A DNA stretch of 63,664 nucleotides, counting the filler, from Olpidium bornovanus S191 (taxonomy: Eukaryota; Fungi; Olpidiomycota), in assembly GCA_017911155.1 (NCBI GenBank). It is 31 parts of 31 records of this genome, joined end to end, with 100 filler letters (N's around TTAATTAATTAA, not from the genome) between each part and the next. Parts side by side here need not be neighbours in the genome. Positions count along the whole stretch, not along the records: positions 14,631 to 16,793 come from JAEFCI010008873.1; positions 16,894 to 20,150 come from JAEFCI010011049.1; positions 20,251 to 22,263 come from JAEFCI010000916.1; positions 22,364 to 23,542 come from JAEFCI010005715.1; positions 23,643 to 27,007 come from JAEFCI010004682.1; 26 more parts are not named here. One strand, 5' to 3'. Position 1 is the stretch's first letter. Each line of letters starts with the position of its first letter. Below the pieces are notes generated by a model, which did no database searches, was not told the origin of the DNA, and saw nothing but the letters and a program-made list of their open reading frames with translations. The position numbers and the translations under genes were made by a program. Of the stretch, positions 14,631 through 27,107 are shown piece after piece.

Positions 14631-15526
14631 CATGGGCGAACTGGAGCAGGAGCAGGTGCGTAATCGGCGGGCGGATCACTGCTTACGGCGGTGCCTTTAC
14701 AGATGCGCCCCGTTGCGCGCTAGGTTTCTTGATTCCGCTTTTCCAGCCCAACTTCGGGAACCCGAGGGACTGGATGCTTACCAGAGACGGTTAATTCTAG
14801 GCATCCAGCGAAAATGCAATTCTTGGTGACATATTTGACATGCATGTCCGAGTAGCAAGGGCGATACAGGTGCGAGATGGAGTGGCCTGTTACAGACTAA
14901 CGGGCACGTTTTTTTACATTTTTGAGGCCTTTCAACGCTATTTCTGAATTTCCCCTACCCCGCTTTTTTGCTTATTCCGTGCTGGACGCCTAGGAAGCTG
15001 TCTCCACACGGGCATCGCTAAAGGCCGAACACGACAGCGTGATCCGAGCGACGGAAAAGAAACGAAAAGATCTCGAGAAGATGAAAACGGCCAGCGCAAT
15101 TCGACCTGAGCGCGTGGACGAGGCCCTGGAGGATCTGGAAGAGGTCGGCTACGTTTCTGGCCCTGCTTCTATGTTGTGCATGGCATGTTTCGCTGGTTAC
15201 TCTGATCCCCCGACCCAAAAACTCTTCCTCCTTCAATATCAACCTAGTCGAAACGCTCCGAGCTGCAGAGCGCAGCCCATCTCTCGCGGGTGTCGCACGC
15301 CCTCCGCACAACGGAGGTGGGCATGCTACAGTCGCGGCAGCACGCCGACGCTTTGCAGGCACTGTCAGATCACGCGCTGCGAGCCGTGGAACATGAGCGT
15401 GCGCAGCTCCGGCTTTGGGAATCGTGCTTGCCGGATATTTCCACGGTTGTCAGTGAGACTACTGTCGTCGGCGAGACGGTCGACGCCCGCGGCGTGGCCG
15501 AGCGGCTGGCCGGGGCGTTTTTGTAG
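14631..15526 (+). CDS. VPS17: Retromer SNX-BAR subunit Vps17-like, C-terminal part
   Basis: KKRKDLEKMKTASAIRPERVDEALEDLEE and LSRVSHAL...AVEHERAQLRLWESCLPDI resemble the fungal Vps17 BAR C-terminus. Confidence 0.75.
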
Positions 15527-16996
15527 CCGGAGGAGCTGGAGAGAGAGAGCAGAGGCTCAGGGGGTGCGCAGGGACTATTGCATTTTTCCCGCCTCGCTGG
15601 CTCACCTATGCTGCTGCTTTCCTGATGAAAGTCTGCAGACCTTGACCACCGAATACAAGTCCTCCCCCTCCCCCATCCCCACCTCCGTGGGACGAAATGG
15701 GTTCCTGTATCTCGTTGTGCCAATATGGGGAGGGGGGGTGAGTTCGCTGGTCGAAGGACAGATCAGAGGTTTGGTATCTGGGTGCGTTTGATACGATATA
15801 AGGCCCCTCGGACACGGACGAAGCACAAGGTTTGGGAAGCAGAAAGTTGTATCGCTGTGCTTTGTGCTTCGGCCCGTTGTAACCTTGCTCGCCCTTTCGT
15901 TATGTGCTGATATACCTCCGTCTCGCCCCACCGTGTCCGCCGGATGTCTAGAGGGCCCACCGCAGATGCAAATTTACGCACGTTTGGTGAGGGGTTCTCT
16001 CAGAGTCGGTGGCGGAGTGCCCTGGGGAGAGGGCGCGGGGTGGTGTGGGGAGGGTGTGGTTGGGGGTGCCCGGAAAGGCGCGCTATCTAAGGTACAGGTG
16101 AAGAAGCGGGGTGTGTGTGTTGAAGTAATGTGTACTTCCAAACGAGAAATCGCCCGCGCCTTTTCCTACCAAATACAACAAAGATTCCACGGTACCGCGC
16201 GCGGGCGACCATTTCGACCAGCTTCCACAGGGGAAAGGGGGAGGGCAGGGGGGGGGGACGTCGACTTTTGGAGCCGGGAAAGAAGGACGGGAAGTACGCG
16301 AAGTGCGCGGAACGCAAGTACCGGAACGAGTTCGTGAGGAGAAAAGAGAGAAGCTGTGTTGCAACGTGACAGGGCAATCTCCTTCAGGCCTTTGCATAGT
16401 CTGAATCCCCTGCGGATGCTACAAGGGGGAAACGACAGTGGTCGGTTGCGCGGAGTGCCTCCGCGGCTCAGCCCTCCCCCTTTTACCCCGGCCTGCCATG
16501 CTGCCGGCCCCAATCAGGCGACGTTATGAACCGCCGTTGGCTGGCGGCCGCACAGCTAGCTCGTGTGATTTCTGACGGCCTCGGAAGTCGGGCCTGAAGA
16601 TTTACCTCCCTCTCCGAAGCCGCTCGAAGATTTTCTTTTTTTTTTTTTTTCTTCTTTTTCTTATTATTATTATTATTATTATTATGGTTGTTCTCGCCTA
16701 ATAAACCGACGCAACGTTTTCGACCCGAACGCGACGGGGATCGGCGGCGAAAGGGACAAACATGACATCGGTGGAACGACAGGGAAGAAGGGGNNNNNNN
16801 NNNNNNNNNNNNNNNNNNNNNNNNNNNNNNNNNNNNNTTAATTAATTAANNNNNNNNNNNNNNNNNNNNNNNNNNNNNNNNNNNNNNNNNNNNCATGAGG
16901 GCCGAAACGCGGCGCGATCGCCGTACCTGCCTTGTACACCTGCGCAACCGCGAAGGTCGGTATATCATTGGGCAGTCGACGGCAAGGCCAAAAACC

Positions 16997-17987
16997 TCAA
17001 CCGAATTTCAGTTTCTTTCGGATGATTCGGGCGCAGACATAAGCTGAGGCAGCGAGGGTAACCAGCGGGGTTGCGATCGCGACCAGCGGTGCATCTGATA
17101 TCCTGCCGGTTGGGATGCGGAGGTTCGTTTTTACGCCCTGAACTGAAAGCGGAAAGACCGCGTGGAATCGCTCGGGCGGTTTCAAGTGATGAAGCCATTG
17201 GTTGACTACGGAGTCGGCGGTTACTGGAAACGGCGCCGTCAGGCCGGTCTGGCGATGCCTGCGAGCGCCGGTTAGCGCAAAACGGGGGCTGTGCAAGAAG
17301 CTCACCCTCCTGATCGTCCATTCCGCAAGCCCAGAAAACGTCCGGGGCTGGTACCTCGACGGCGCGTTCCCCGGTGACGGACGGCGGATGGTACCGCGCG
17401 TGGACGGGCAGCCTTACGGACGCCGAGAGCCTCCCCCCCCCTCCTGCATCCTTTCCCCGGCCGCGCAACAGATTCGACGCGTTCCCCGCGAGCACCAGCA
17501 CCTGGCTGCCGTCCTGCCGCACCTCTTCCAGCGGCTTTTCCAGATCCACCTCGCCCCAGACACCCAGCACGTGGGCACCGGTCCCGGCGCCGTTCAGGTC
17601 GGAAAGCTGGTAGGGGTCTGGGAAAACGGATGACGGAAGGTCGAACAGCACGTACAGCCGGCAACCGTCGGCCGCGAAGGGGGCCCGGCCGGCGTGGGCG
17701 GCGAGTTGCGGCGGGACGGCGGAATCGAGCGTGACCTCGAGGACCGGGTGGAACGAGGCCGGCGGAAGTGCGTGCAGGGCCGCCTGGGCCGGTAAGGTGA
17801 TCGCGGCGGAACGCGCGGGCCGCGGGAACTTCGGGCCTGGGAGGAAGGGGGGAAACGGGTAAAAGCGGGACGAACGGTCGTTCGGCGCACGTGCGGGACG
17901 TCGCGAATGGGCAAAACCGGCGCCGTTCCTGAACCGACCTCTGTACAGGGGCGCGCTGCCAGCGGAGCTGCCGGCCCTGGAAGGCAT
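16997..17987 (-). CDS. PIGX: GPI mannosyltransferase-I accessory subunit PIG-X/Pbn1-like
   Basis: FHPVLEVTL, CRLYVLFDLPSSVFPDPYQL, GEVDLEKP, LPVHARYHPP, VPAPDVFWAC, and a C-terminal IPTG...TM helix-KK in another frame (apparent frameshift). Confidence 0.8.
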
Positions 17988-18217
17988 GTTCCCCGCCTGC
18001 GGTCGGCGCGGCCGAGCCTGCGGGAGACGCCCTTGGCGGGCGAAGGCCGGGCGCTCGCGGATCCACGCGGGGCGCGCGGCCGGATCACGTGACCATCGCG
18101 GCGGCGGGCGCCTTACCCGCCCCGCGGCTGCGCCACTTCACCCCGCGCTTCCCCTCCTCCGGCACCGGCGGCCGGTGTCCGGCGCAAGGGCTCGCGGCGC
18201 TGAGTGCGGGACGCGCA

Positions 18218-19342
18218 ATGCCGAAGGAGGAAGAAGCCATGGCTGTTGTATCCGGGCAGCGGCCGCCCGCGGTCAGGCCGGGGGCGCTCTGGCGCCTGCC
18301 TCTCGGGACGCGCGACGCCGCGCCACCCACCGCGGCTGGCCCGCTTCGCAGACTCGGCCGCGGGGCGGCGGGCGGCCCGCGCAGCCGGGCGCACGTGGTC
18401 GGTTTGGCGTGGCCCCTGCTGCGCCGCACGGCCGGGCTTCCCGGCGCGCGGGCTCCCCTCCTCTTCTTGCCGGTCCGGCTTTTCGGCCGCGCGGCCGCGC
18501 CGGACGCGGCGGGGGGGCGGCGGCCGCCGCCCCCTCCGCAAACCCGCTTTAGCGGCGCGTCCGGCGCGCAGCGCCGCCACTACGCGAGGTCTCGCCGCGG
18601 TGACGACCCTTGGCGTCGGTATCGGGACCTCGGAAGAGGCCGCGGCGGCTTACCCTGGAGCCTGGGTCTCGCCGGCGTGGGCGCGGTGATCCTGCTGCCC
18701 GCGCTGCTCCCGCTGGCGGTGGGGGGCGCCTTCGCGTGGGCGGCGTACGTCTTGGGGAGCAACCTCTACCGCAACCTCTGGAGACATCTCCCTCCGCCAG
18801 ACCGGGATCCGCAGCGGCCGCGGCCCGCGGAGCGGGCGTTCATGATCCCGAAGGTGATGGACGCGATGGCGGCGTCGCCGGCGCGGCTTACCAGCCCCTT
18901 CCTTCGCGACATCCTCTCCTGGGCTACCAAATTCGCCCTCGACCAGGCCGGTGCGACCGTGGAGGTTACGCGGGCTGTGCACACCGAGGCCGTCCGCCTC
19001 CTCAAGACACCCCAAGTCTCCTGCATCCTGGGCGGCCGAGTCACTTACGGCCCCGTGACGTCCTCGAGCCTAAGCGCTGTTAACGTCAACGGATTCGCGA
19101 AAAAGCAGGCCCGCATCTCGTTCCCTGTCACCTCCCCCTCGCGGGTTGATCCGGTCGCTTCCGTGGACGTGGTCGCGAATTGGGAAGCCGGCGAAGGCGG
19201 CGAAGCCGTCGTGGAAATTACGGAGATTACGCTTATCATGCTTGACGGACGCCGTCGGACGATAAACGTGCGGGACCTTGTCACCGAAAAGAACGAGCAA
19301 CGGAGAGTATTCGAGGGAGAATACCGCGAGATCAAGGAGTGA
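18218..19342 (+). CDS. Hypothetical membrane protein with a possible Coa1/Tim21-like C-terminal domain
   Basis: Intronless ORF: Arg/Ala-rich N-terminus, hydrophobic LGLAGVGAVILLPALLPLAVGGAFAWAAYVLG, then EAVRLLKTPQVSCILGGRVTYGPV...NVNG..KQARISFPV. Start could be 18089, 18218 or 18239. Confidence 0.6.
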   Translation: MPKEEEAMAVVSGQRPPAVRPGALWRLPLGTRDAAPPTAAGPLRRLGRGAAGGPRSRAHVVGLAWPLLRRTAGLPGARAPLLFLPVRLFGRAAAPDAAGGRRPPPPPQTRFSGASGAQRRHYARSRRGDDPWRRYRDLGRGRGGLPWSLGLAGVGAVILLPALLPLAVGGAFAWAAYVLGSNLYRNLWRHLPPPDRDPQRPRPAERAFMIPKVMDAMAASPARLTSPFLRDILSWATKFALDQAGATVEVTRAVHTEAVRLLKTPQVSCILGGRVTYGPVTSSSLSAVNVNGFAKKQARISFPVTSPSRVDPVASVDVVANWEAGEGGEAVVEITEITLIMLDGRRRTINVRDLVTEKNEQRRVFEGEYREIKE

Positions 19343-20250
19343 GAGGCGAGCATCCAAGAAGAACATGTACGGTACATTTGCTGGGAGCACTCTGTTCCGA
19401 TTTACGTCGAACATAGAATGCGACATGGTAAACGGAACGTTGCTCAATTATTTCCCCGCATTTTCTTTTCTTTCTTCTCTGCCCCTTTGCTACCAGTCAT
19501 CCCAGCTCGTATTCAGATATCTTGGGCAATTGCATTCATTGACTACCCTCCTATACACCACTTGGCGCACAGCTCGATACTTAGTTTTCTACATTTTCCC
19601 ACTTGCTCGGCGGACAGAAAAGGGCGGCTGGCAAAGTGGCGGGCAACCTCAATTACCCTAACAGAAATACGCACCTGTACATCGTCGCTACGCAGAAGCT
19701 GAACGGTCGCTGCACTGCGTACGGCTCTGGAAACTTTTCCAGTTGCAGGGCACCGTAATTGACCGCCATTTTCTGTATACGATCGATTTTACAGCTTGGT
19801 CCCCGCTGCACCGTTTATCACGCTGGTGGAGTTAAGCGCGGCGCCCTCGCCGGCGACTGTAAAGGCTTTGCCCGAGGTTCACGGCCGCAAATTCCGGAGG
19901 CGATATTGGTTATGGGCTGCAGACCAATCGATGCCCCTGCGGCAGATCGCTCTGGCACGTCGAGCGATCACCGATCTGAGAAAAGGCCCTGCACAGAATC
20001 TACCTGTTACCGAGAAACGCCCGTTTGCTAAGTTGAGGTATTCACGGAGTAGAGGGGCGTGGGGTCGTTGAATCGAAGCGGGAGATTCGCTCGTTCGGCA
20101 CAGAAACGGCTTTATTCACATACAACCAAATAACGTTAGCGTGGTCCATGNNNNNNNNNNNNNNNNNNNNNNNNNNNNNNNNNNNNNNNNNNNNTTAATT
20201 AATTAANNNNNNNNNNNNNNNNNNNNNNNNNNNNNNNNNNNNNNNNNNNN

Positions 20251-22263
20251 CATGACCTCGACAAAGTCGTACTGGCACCCGGCCGATGCCCGGGACGAGC
20301 GCGACTGCGGGCTCTTCTTCAGCTTGCGCACCAGGTTCTGAGTGTTGCGAAAGCCGTAAGCACTTGCGAAACGTAGTTTCTCCTCCCCGTTGATCTAGTG
20401 GAAAGTCGCAACCGGGATGCGGTCAGGAAACGCCAAGAAACAACGACCGGCTCAGCGATCAACGTTCCCCGCCCCGTATCTGTTTCGCGCACCTCCAGAA
20501 TGACCTCGGTAAAATCTGAATTTCGGCCCTGTTTGATGAGAATCCCGTTCTTTTCCAAGGTCGGACAAAGAGACTGAATGCCGAACAGCTCTCGGGCGGC
20601 GAAGCGCATCACTGCCTGGAGATACGCTCCTGACGAGGACCCTTCTACCCTCACCAACTGATCATGATTTGGCCCGCCAAGTTTGGTAAGCCTATTATAT
20701 TCCCGAACGATTCATCAGCATCGAGCACGATCAGATGGATTCGATCGCTGAAACACGAAACCAGAAGAGCCCACGTACGGTCCTTCCAAGTCCGCCTCCT
20801 CCATGGTCTCAATAGACACACCGTGCTCTTCGAACATGAGATCCAGTTCCCTTGTCGTGATCACACAGTCAACATCGTGGGTCCGGTAAAGGTCCGAGTA
20901 GAAATCGGATCGAGAGGCCTCCAGCTTCTTGTCATAACAAGGCATCACGGCAACGTGGTATATTTGACTTGGCCTGGTTCGCAAGGACTGCTCTCAGTGT
21001 ACCGACCCGGATTCACAAGGGGTGAAACAAGCAAGCACAGCTAGTCTTTGAAAAAACTACGTAAACCGTGCTCACGTTAGGCCAGCCTCAGACCCCAGCT
21101 GTTCTTTGACCAGCGAGCCCATGATCTGTTGTGGCGATTTCGTCTCGCTGATATAGGGTAGGAGGTGACCGTGGGTTTTCTCCGCGTAGCATATCCATCC
21201 GGGACAAGCGGACGCCAGCATAGGTAACCGACAATCATCGTCGGGCGCAGCCGGCTGACTTTCTGCTGTCGCTTTCCCGCGGGCGGTGACAGCAGGCCAG
21301 CCGCGCACGGGCGCGAGGTCGCTGCCAAACTCTGTGGAGTCGCCCGCTGGCGGTTTCGGCTGCCCGGCCAGCTGACGCCGCTTCGACTCCCGATGCCTCC
21401 ACCGGTCGACGAACTCGCGCCCCTGCTCGATCAACGCGAAATCGCGCGCGAAGTTCGTGTCGTACACCGCGTCCGCGCCCACGATGCGCCGCAGGAAGTA
21501 GGTGACGCGCTGAGCGACCTGAAGGGGAGTCAGCCCGCGAGCTGCCGCGATCGAGGCCCTCGACTGCGGCGAGACGGAGAAAACCACATGCCGAACTGCG
21601 GACAGGTCCCCAGACTGACACAGCGAGCGCGCGACGCAAAAAGTGGTTCACAGCCAGTTCGGCTACGTGAGCGGGAGGCGACACAGCCTAAAAAAAAATA
21701 AAGGCGAGAAAAAAGGCCAAGGGCGGCCGCCGCACCTCTCGTGCTGCCCTATTTGCGGCTACCACGGCGTAAGTTCCCTTGTGCGACTGCAGACTGACAA
21801 GCACACTCTCTGCAGACGTAATGCAGCCGCTGAAACAAAACGGAGGCCAAAGCGCAGGTCGGGGGAAGAGGGCCGTTACTAACGACACACAGTTGGATGC
21901 TCTCAAGGCGCACACTCTGGAGCTTCTCCCTACCGAACTCCCCGCGCCAGACCTTCCGCCCCCCCCCTCTCATTCTCTCTCTCTCTCTCTCTACCCCAAT
22001 CTCCCCCCACCCTGTCGCGTCGCTCACCTGCACGCCAGACAGTCGTTCAAGGATATCTCTGCGGTCTCCAGCTCCGTCTCGGCGCCGTCCCGGGAGACCT
22101 CGTAGTAGCGTCCGGCGCTGTCGACCTTGAAGCGTGCGGCGGCGGCATCGGCTGAGGAAGTGGGCTTGGCCTTGGTGGTGGTTTTCGCGGGATTCACGCA
22201 GGCCTGTCCTGGGGATATGTAGTCGTTGAGGTCGGAGAGGAGCAGCGCGCCAGAGAGGCGGGG
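20251..22263 (-). CDS. NAR1: Cytosolic Fe-S assembly factor Nar1/NARFL, partial at both ends
   Basis: [22 protein letters not shown]|[92 protein letters not shown]. Confidence 0.96.
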
Positions 22264-22780
22264 NNNNNNNNNNNNNNNNNNNNNNNNNNNNNNNNNNNNN
22301 NNNNNNNTTAATTAATTAANNNNNNNNNNNNNNNNNNNNNNNNNNNNNNNNNNNNNNNNNNNNGAAGCCCGCCAATCGAAGAGCTTTCCCCTTGCCCCCT
22401 CCCCCCCCAGCGCCACACGTGGGACCCCCCGCCAACCAGAACCCCCCCGACTGCCCCCGCACCCTCCCCCCGCACCCCACCGCACGCAAGAGCTCGGAGC
22501 CCCGCGTGTTAACCGCGCGGGAAGGGACCAAACGCACCGCGTCGACAGACGCGACGTCGAACGACGGCTTTGCCGTCAACCTGCCTTCGCTCAACGTCGA
22601 CGAGCATAAATAGCGTCCCTTCCGCTCCGTAGCTCGACTTCGACCCTACACGACTTAACTTTAACGTAGCTTGACCTTCCCTTTCGACTGCACAGCCAGC
22701 CCTCGTCACCTTACCTGCAGCTCTTTGCACAGACCTGACGAGGGAGAGGAATAGACGCTTAACCTTGACGCAGGACATCC

Positions 22781-22870
22781 TGGTTTAAATCCACCATTTC
22801 CTTTGTTTAGTAATCAATTAATAATACAAGTTATTAGTGGAATCTGTAAAGAAATGGTGGATTTAAACCA
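22781..22870. repeat. Perfect 20-bp inverted repeat around a 50-bp AT-rich spacer
   Basis: TGGTTTAAATCCACCATTTC (22781-22800) and its exact reverse complement GAAATGGTGGATTTAAACCA (22851-22870). Confidence 0.97.
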
Positions 22871-23642
22871 CTACAGGATTTGACAAACAGCCCGGGGAGG
22901 CGAATTGAATGGGTGGACGCGAAGTCAAAAGCGGGTTGGGAAGCAGAGTCGAAGAAACACATCTCTATTGGGATTCGTAGAGGTCCCGCCGTTCTCTGTC
23001 TGACTCCAGGATTATTTTTTTTGGCGTACCCATCGGAGTGGAAAACGGAGAAAACCCGGCAGAAACCAATTCCGGAAGCTGCGAATTTGCTTTTCCTGGG
23101 CCAGAAACGTAAACGCGCAATTACGAGAGCCTGGAGGCTCAATGTGCTTTTCGCGTCGGTTGTTAGCCCTTCGCAATTCAAAGTCCACATGGAAGAAAAT
23201 TTACTTGTGCCACAGGAAGCGTGGCCTTTGACATAAACCTACGCTCCGCCTGCTTCGCAATCTCCAATATCTGCACACGCAAATGCTCGTCGCCTGTTCG
23301 TTTTTTACGCGCGTCCACGGGCCGTCGGCTGCCATGAACCTCGTTCCAAGCGGGGCCCGTCGTGAACGCAGAAGTGCGGCGGATAGCTCTGCGCAGCCAA
23401 ATGCGATATCGTATATGCGGACATGCCCTTACGCAGTCTTGCAGGGAACAGCATCGGGCAGATAAGGTCGCCAGTCAAAGCTGGTTGACAGGCCGGCCAC
23501 TGTGAGCGATCGTAGCCCTGGGACTCGGTTCCAAATCAAATANNNNNNNNNNNNNNNNNNNNNNNNNNNNNNNNNNNNNNNNNNNNTTAATTAATTAANN
23601 NNNNNNNNNNNNNNNNNNNNNNNNNNNNNNNNNNNNNNNNNN

Positions 23643-25711
23643 CATGAAACAGTTTGTGGTGTACGAAGACGATATCTATGGCTCTCTCGAAGAAAATGGC
23701 TCCGTGCCAGATGTGCACTCCGTATCCAGTGCCTCCGGTACGGACAACTCCTCTAATCAAGTGGAGACGGCCGACACCCCAACTCCGTCGCAACGACGAC
23801 AGGGATACATCATCCCCCAGCTCATCACGATGGCGACGATCACACGGCGCGCAGTAGAGCGGACGTGGCTGACAGCGAGCAATCCGCGCGAGGACCGGAT
23901 CGGCAGTGAGCTGAAGTCGATGGTTCGCGCCCCCCCTGGCTACAGGATTGTCGGTGCCGATGTGGACTCGCAGGAGCTCTGGATCTGCTCGCTGCTCGGA
24001 GATGCGCAGTTCGGCGCCCATGGTTCTACAGCCCTCGGCTGGATGACCGTTCAGGGCTCGAAGGCCGCAGGAACGGACATGCACAGCGTGACCGCCAAGG
24101 TCTTGGGAATCGACCGCAACCAGGCTAAACAGTTTAACTACGCAAGGATTTACGGCGCGGGCGTCGACTTTACTTGCCACAAGCTATCACAGTACTCACC
24201 GGATCTTGAAAAAGCCGAGGCGCGCCGAAAGGCCGAGGAACTTTACAGCAAGACGAAAGGTAAGAAAATTAGAAACAAGCTATCCCCGACTCTTTACAAC
24301 GGGATGTACTACGGCGGTTCCGAGAGCTTTTCGTTCAACAGCATCGAACATATTGCGCTACGAAATCCACGCACACCGACGCTCCAATGTGAGATTTCCG
24401 ATGCCCTGGGACCAAATGCAACAAAGGTGTCTATCGGGCTTCCGCTGCTTGTTCCAATCTTTGCGGAATATTGATTTTGCGCCGATCCTACGTAATTCAA
24501 GCGCTTGCTGATCCTGACGTTACGCACGCTCAGAAATTTCTCACCTCCAAGGCAAACTGGACGGTCCAGTCGTCCGGGGTCGACTACCTCCACATGCTGC
24601 TGGTCGCCATGGAGTACCTGACCAGACGTTACGGCATACAAGCGCGATACATGATCTCACTGCATGACGAATTGCGCTACCTTGTGGCCGACGAGGACGT
24701 CGAGCGTGCTGCCCTGGCGCTACAGATCGCGAACGTGTGGACGAGGGCGATGTTTGCGGCGCGGCTTGGGATGGATAACCTGCCCCTGGTATGTGCCGCC
24801 TCGCTGGACTTACCGTTTTGGTCACGTCTCAAATCTACCTCTGTCGGAACGTGCGGACTTGGGTTTTCTGGGCGCGTGCTGGTTTTGACGCGCCGGTTTC
24901 GTCGTTTCCCCTTCCGGTCCAGTCTGCCGCCTTCTTCTCGTGCGTCGATATCGACACCGTGCTCCGAAAGGAAGTCACGACAACCTGTATTACCCCCTCC
25001 CAGAAGGAGGCGATTGCGCCTGGGGAAATGCGGGACATTTTTGCGACCCTCGAGCGCACAGGAGGGGGAGATATGGGACCGGTCGTGGATCGTACGTATG
25101 ACGAAGCGGCGGCGAGCGGGTCCATCCCCAAGCATCTCGCCGGCACGTCGAGTTCGCTGCTTCCGGTCACGACGACGCTGCTGAAGCTCCAGGCGTGCAT
25201 GTCCGAGGAGGACGTCGGCCGGGTCGTGGCGGGCGTTCCGCCAGAAAACGGCCAGCCGGGGCAACGGCGGCCGAGGAAGGAGACGATGTCGCCGGGACGG
25301 GCAGAGGCCGAAAACGGAGCGGACGCGGCTGTTACGATGCCGAACAACGCTAGAGAAGCGCGGCCGAGAGGCGATAGGGCGCGCCAAGGCAGCTTGGCAT
25401 CATCGGACCCGACGCGAGGTTTGGCAAGACGCCATACCACCCAACAGAACGAGCTGTTCCCTTCGCTAGACAGGCCCTACGGAGATCTGGCGCCGGTCTC
25501 GGTGGTATCCGCTGTAAAACTTCGCGGCGCGGAACAGGTTTCGAGTCCGAGGGGTACGGAGAGGGCTGTGAACGGCAGTGTTTTTGTGAAATTCAGGCAT
25601 CTTTTGTCATATCTAATGCGGCGGCCGTTTTCCTATTATTGCTCACAACTATTGCGCTGCCGACCCCCACCCCCCCCGTACCCTTCATTTTCAGAACGTC
25701 TGCCGCGATGA
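23643..25711 (+). CDS. MIP1: Mitochondrial DNA polymerase gamma, 5' partial
   Basis: TITRRAVERTWLTASN, GADVDSQELW (motif A), AKQFNYARIYGAG (motif B), NWTVQSSGVDYLH, ISLHDELRY (motif C), VDIDTVLRKE; introns 24427-24533 and 24789-24922; long low-complexity tail. Confidence 0.97.
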
Positions 25712-27107
25712 TTTGGGCGGAAGGTTCATTTTGTCCCCCCCCCCCCCCCCCCCCCCTCACACACCCCTCTTTCACCACGCTTTTCGAAAAACTTAAGACC
25801 CTCAGAAATTCCGCAAGCAGTGAAAAACCATTCGTGGTAGTCGATGGTTGAGGTCAAATCGACCTCATAATAGCTCATCAGACTGTACGGCGGTAATTCC
25901 CGTTTCCCCTCCCGCTTTTGTTGGCCTCAAACCCCCCCCCCTACTTTTTCACCTGCCATCTTAACTTTGTACATACCTGTATACTGCAGCGAAAGATAAA
26001 AGAAAAAAAGATTGCATTACCCCTGGAAACGGCGGGTGAGATTTGCGGGGAATCGCTTCAGGGAATATAGAAAGTAGTGGAGTGAGACGTAACACGTCCC
26101 TGTATGCGGCGGCCGCGCGAGGCACGTCCGTTGATTGATTGCACGCCGACTGGTCGATCGCACGCTGGTGCGAGTGATTGTCACGACTTCTGCTGCGAAT
26201 GCATGCACTAGCGCGTCCCAGCAGGTGGGGCATTCCAGGCCACAGACGAGCTGTGCTGCAGCCGCACTTGGCACTCCCGCGAGTTTAATTATTTACCCTG
26301 TGGCAGCGTCGAACACTCTCTGCGCGGCCAGGACTGTTTGCCAAGCTGATCTCAGGCGGCGATGCACTGACAACATTGGCTTCTCCGCGCCCAGGACAGT
26401 GTACCGCTGGACTCTGGCGTCCAGTCATGGTGTGCTGCCGAAATTGTTTTTCCACTCTTCTATACCTGTCCGCGTTCCAGTCGACAGAGTCGAGACTGGC
26501 GTTTGCAGCCCCTACCTGATTTTACACCGACCTAATCATGCAAGCTGCTCCAAAGGCAGAATAGGCAAGTCTTCAAGGACTTAGTGAGCAAGCGACGACA
26601 CAGCCCACACACCCTTGCCACACAAACTTCCCGGCCTGCTGCCTCCCAGACAAACCATGTGAGTACATGGAGACACTACCTCAGCAGGCAAGCAGCTCCA
26701 GTGACAGAATAGCACTGCAAGCAGTTAGCCAAAGGGTTTCGCGGGCAGAATGCAACACACAGAATGTCGCTAACTTGCCTGGGAGAGGAAGTAGATAACT
26801 TTTTGTCAGGGGTGTGGAAGGTGGGTTTTCGACCAACCTTAGCTCTGGCTTGATAGAAAAGCCGTCTCTTATTCCTGAAACTTGCTCCAGGTGTATGACA
26901 GGATCTTCTACAGTTCTGCCTAAACGTATTTTACTGGCAAACCTGGAGCCCCATTTCCTGGTGGTCGCTGCTTGTGATTCGGATTCTACAGATTTGGAAT
27001 CGCCATGNNNNNNNNNNNNNNNNNNNNNNNNNNNNNNNNNNNNNNNNNNNNTTAATTAATTAANNNNNNNNNNNNNNNNNNNNNNNNNNNNNNNNNNNNN
27101 NNNNNNN

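Noticed and set aside
22835-22878. TAGTG and CACTACA suggesting a CACTA transposon end
   Set aside because: The motifs face outward and the left arm lacks the matching bases; no 3-bp TSD.
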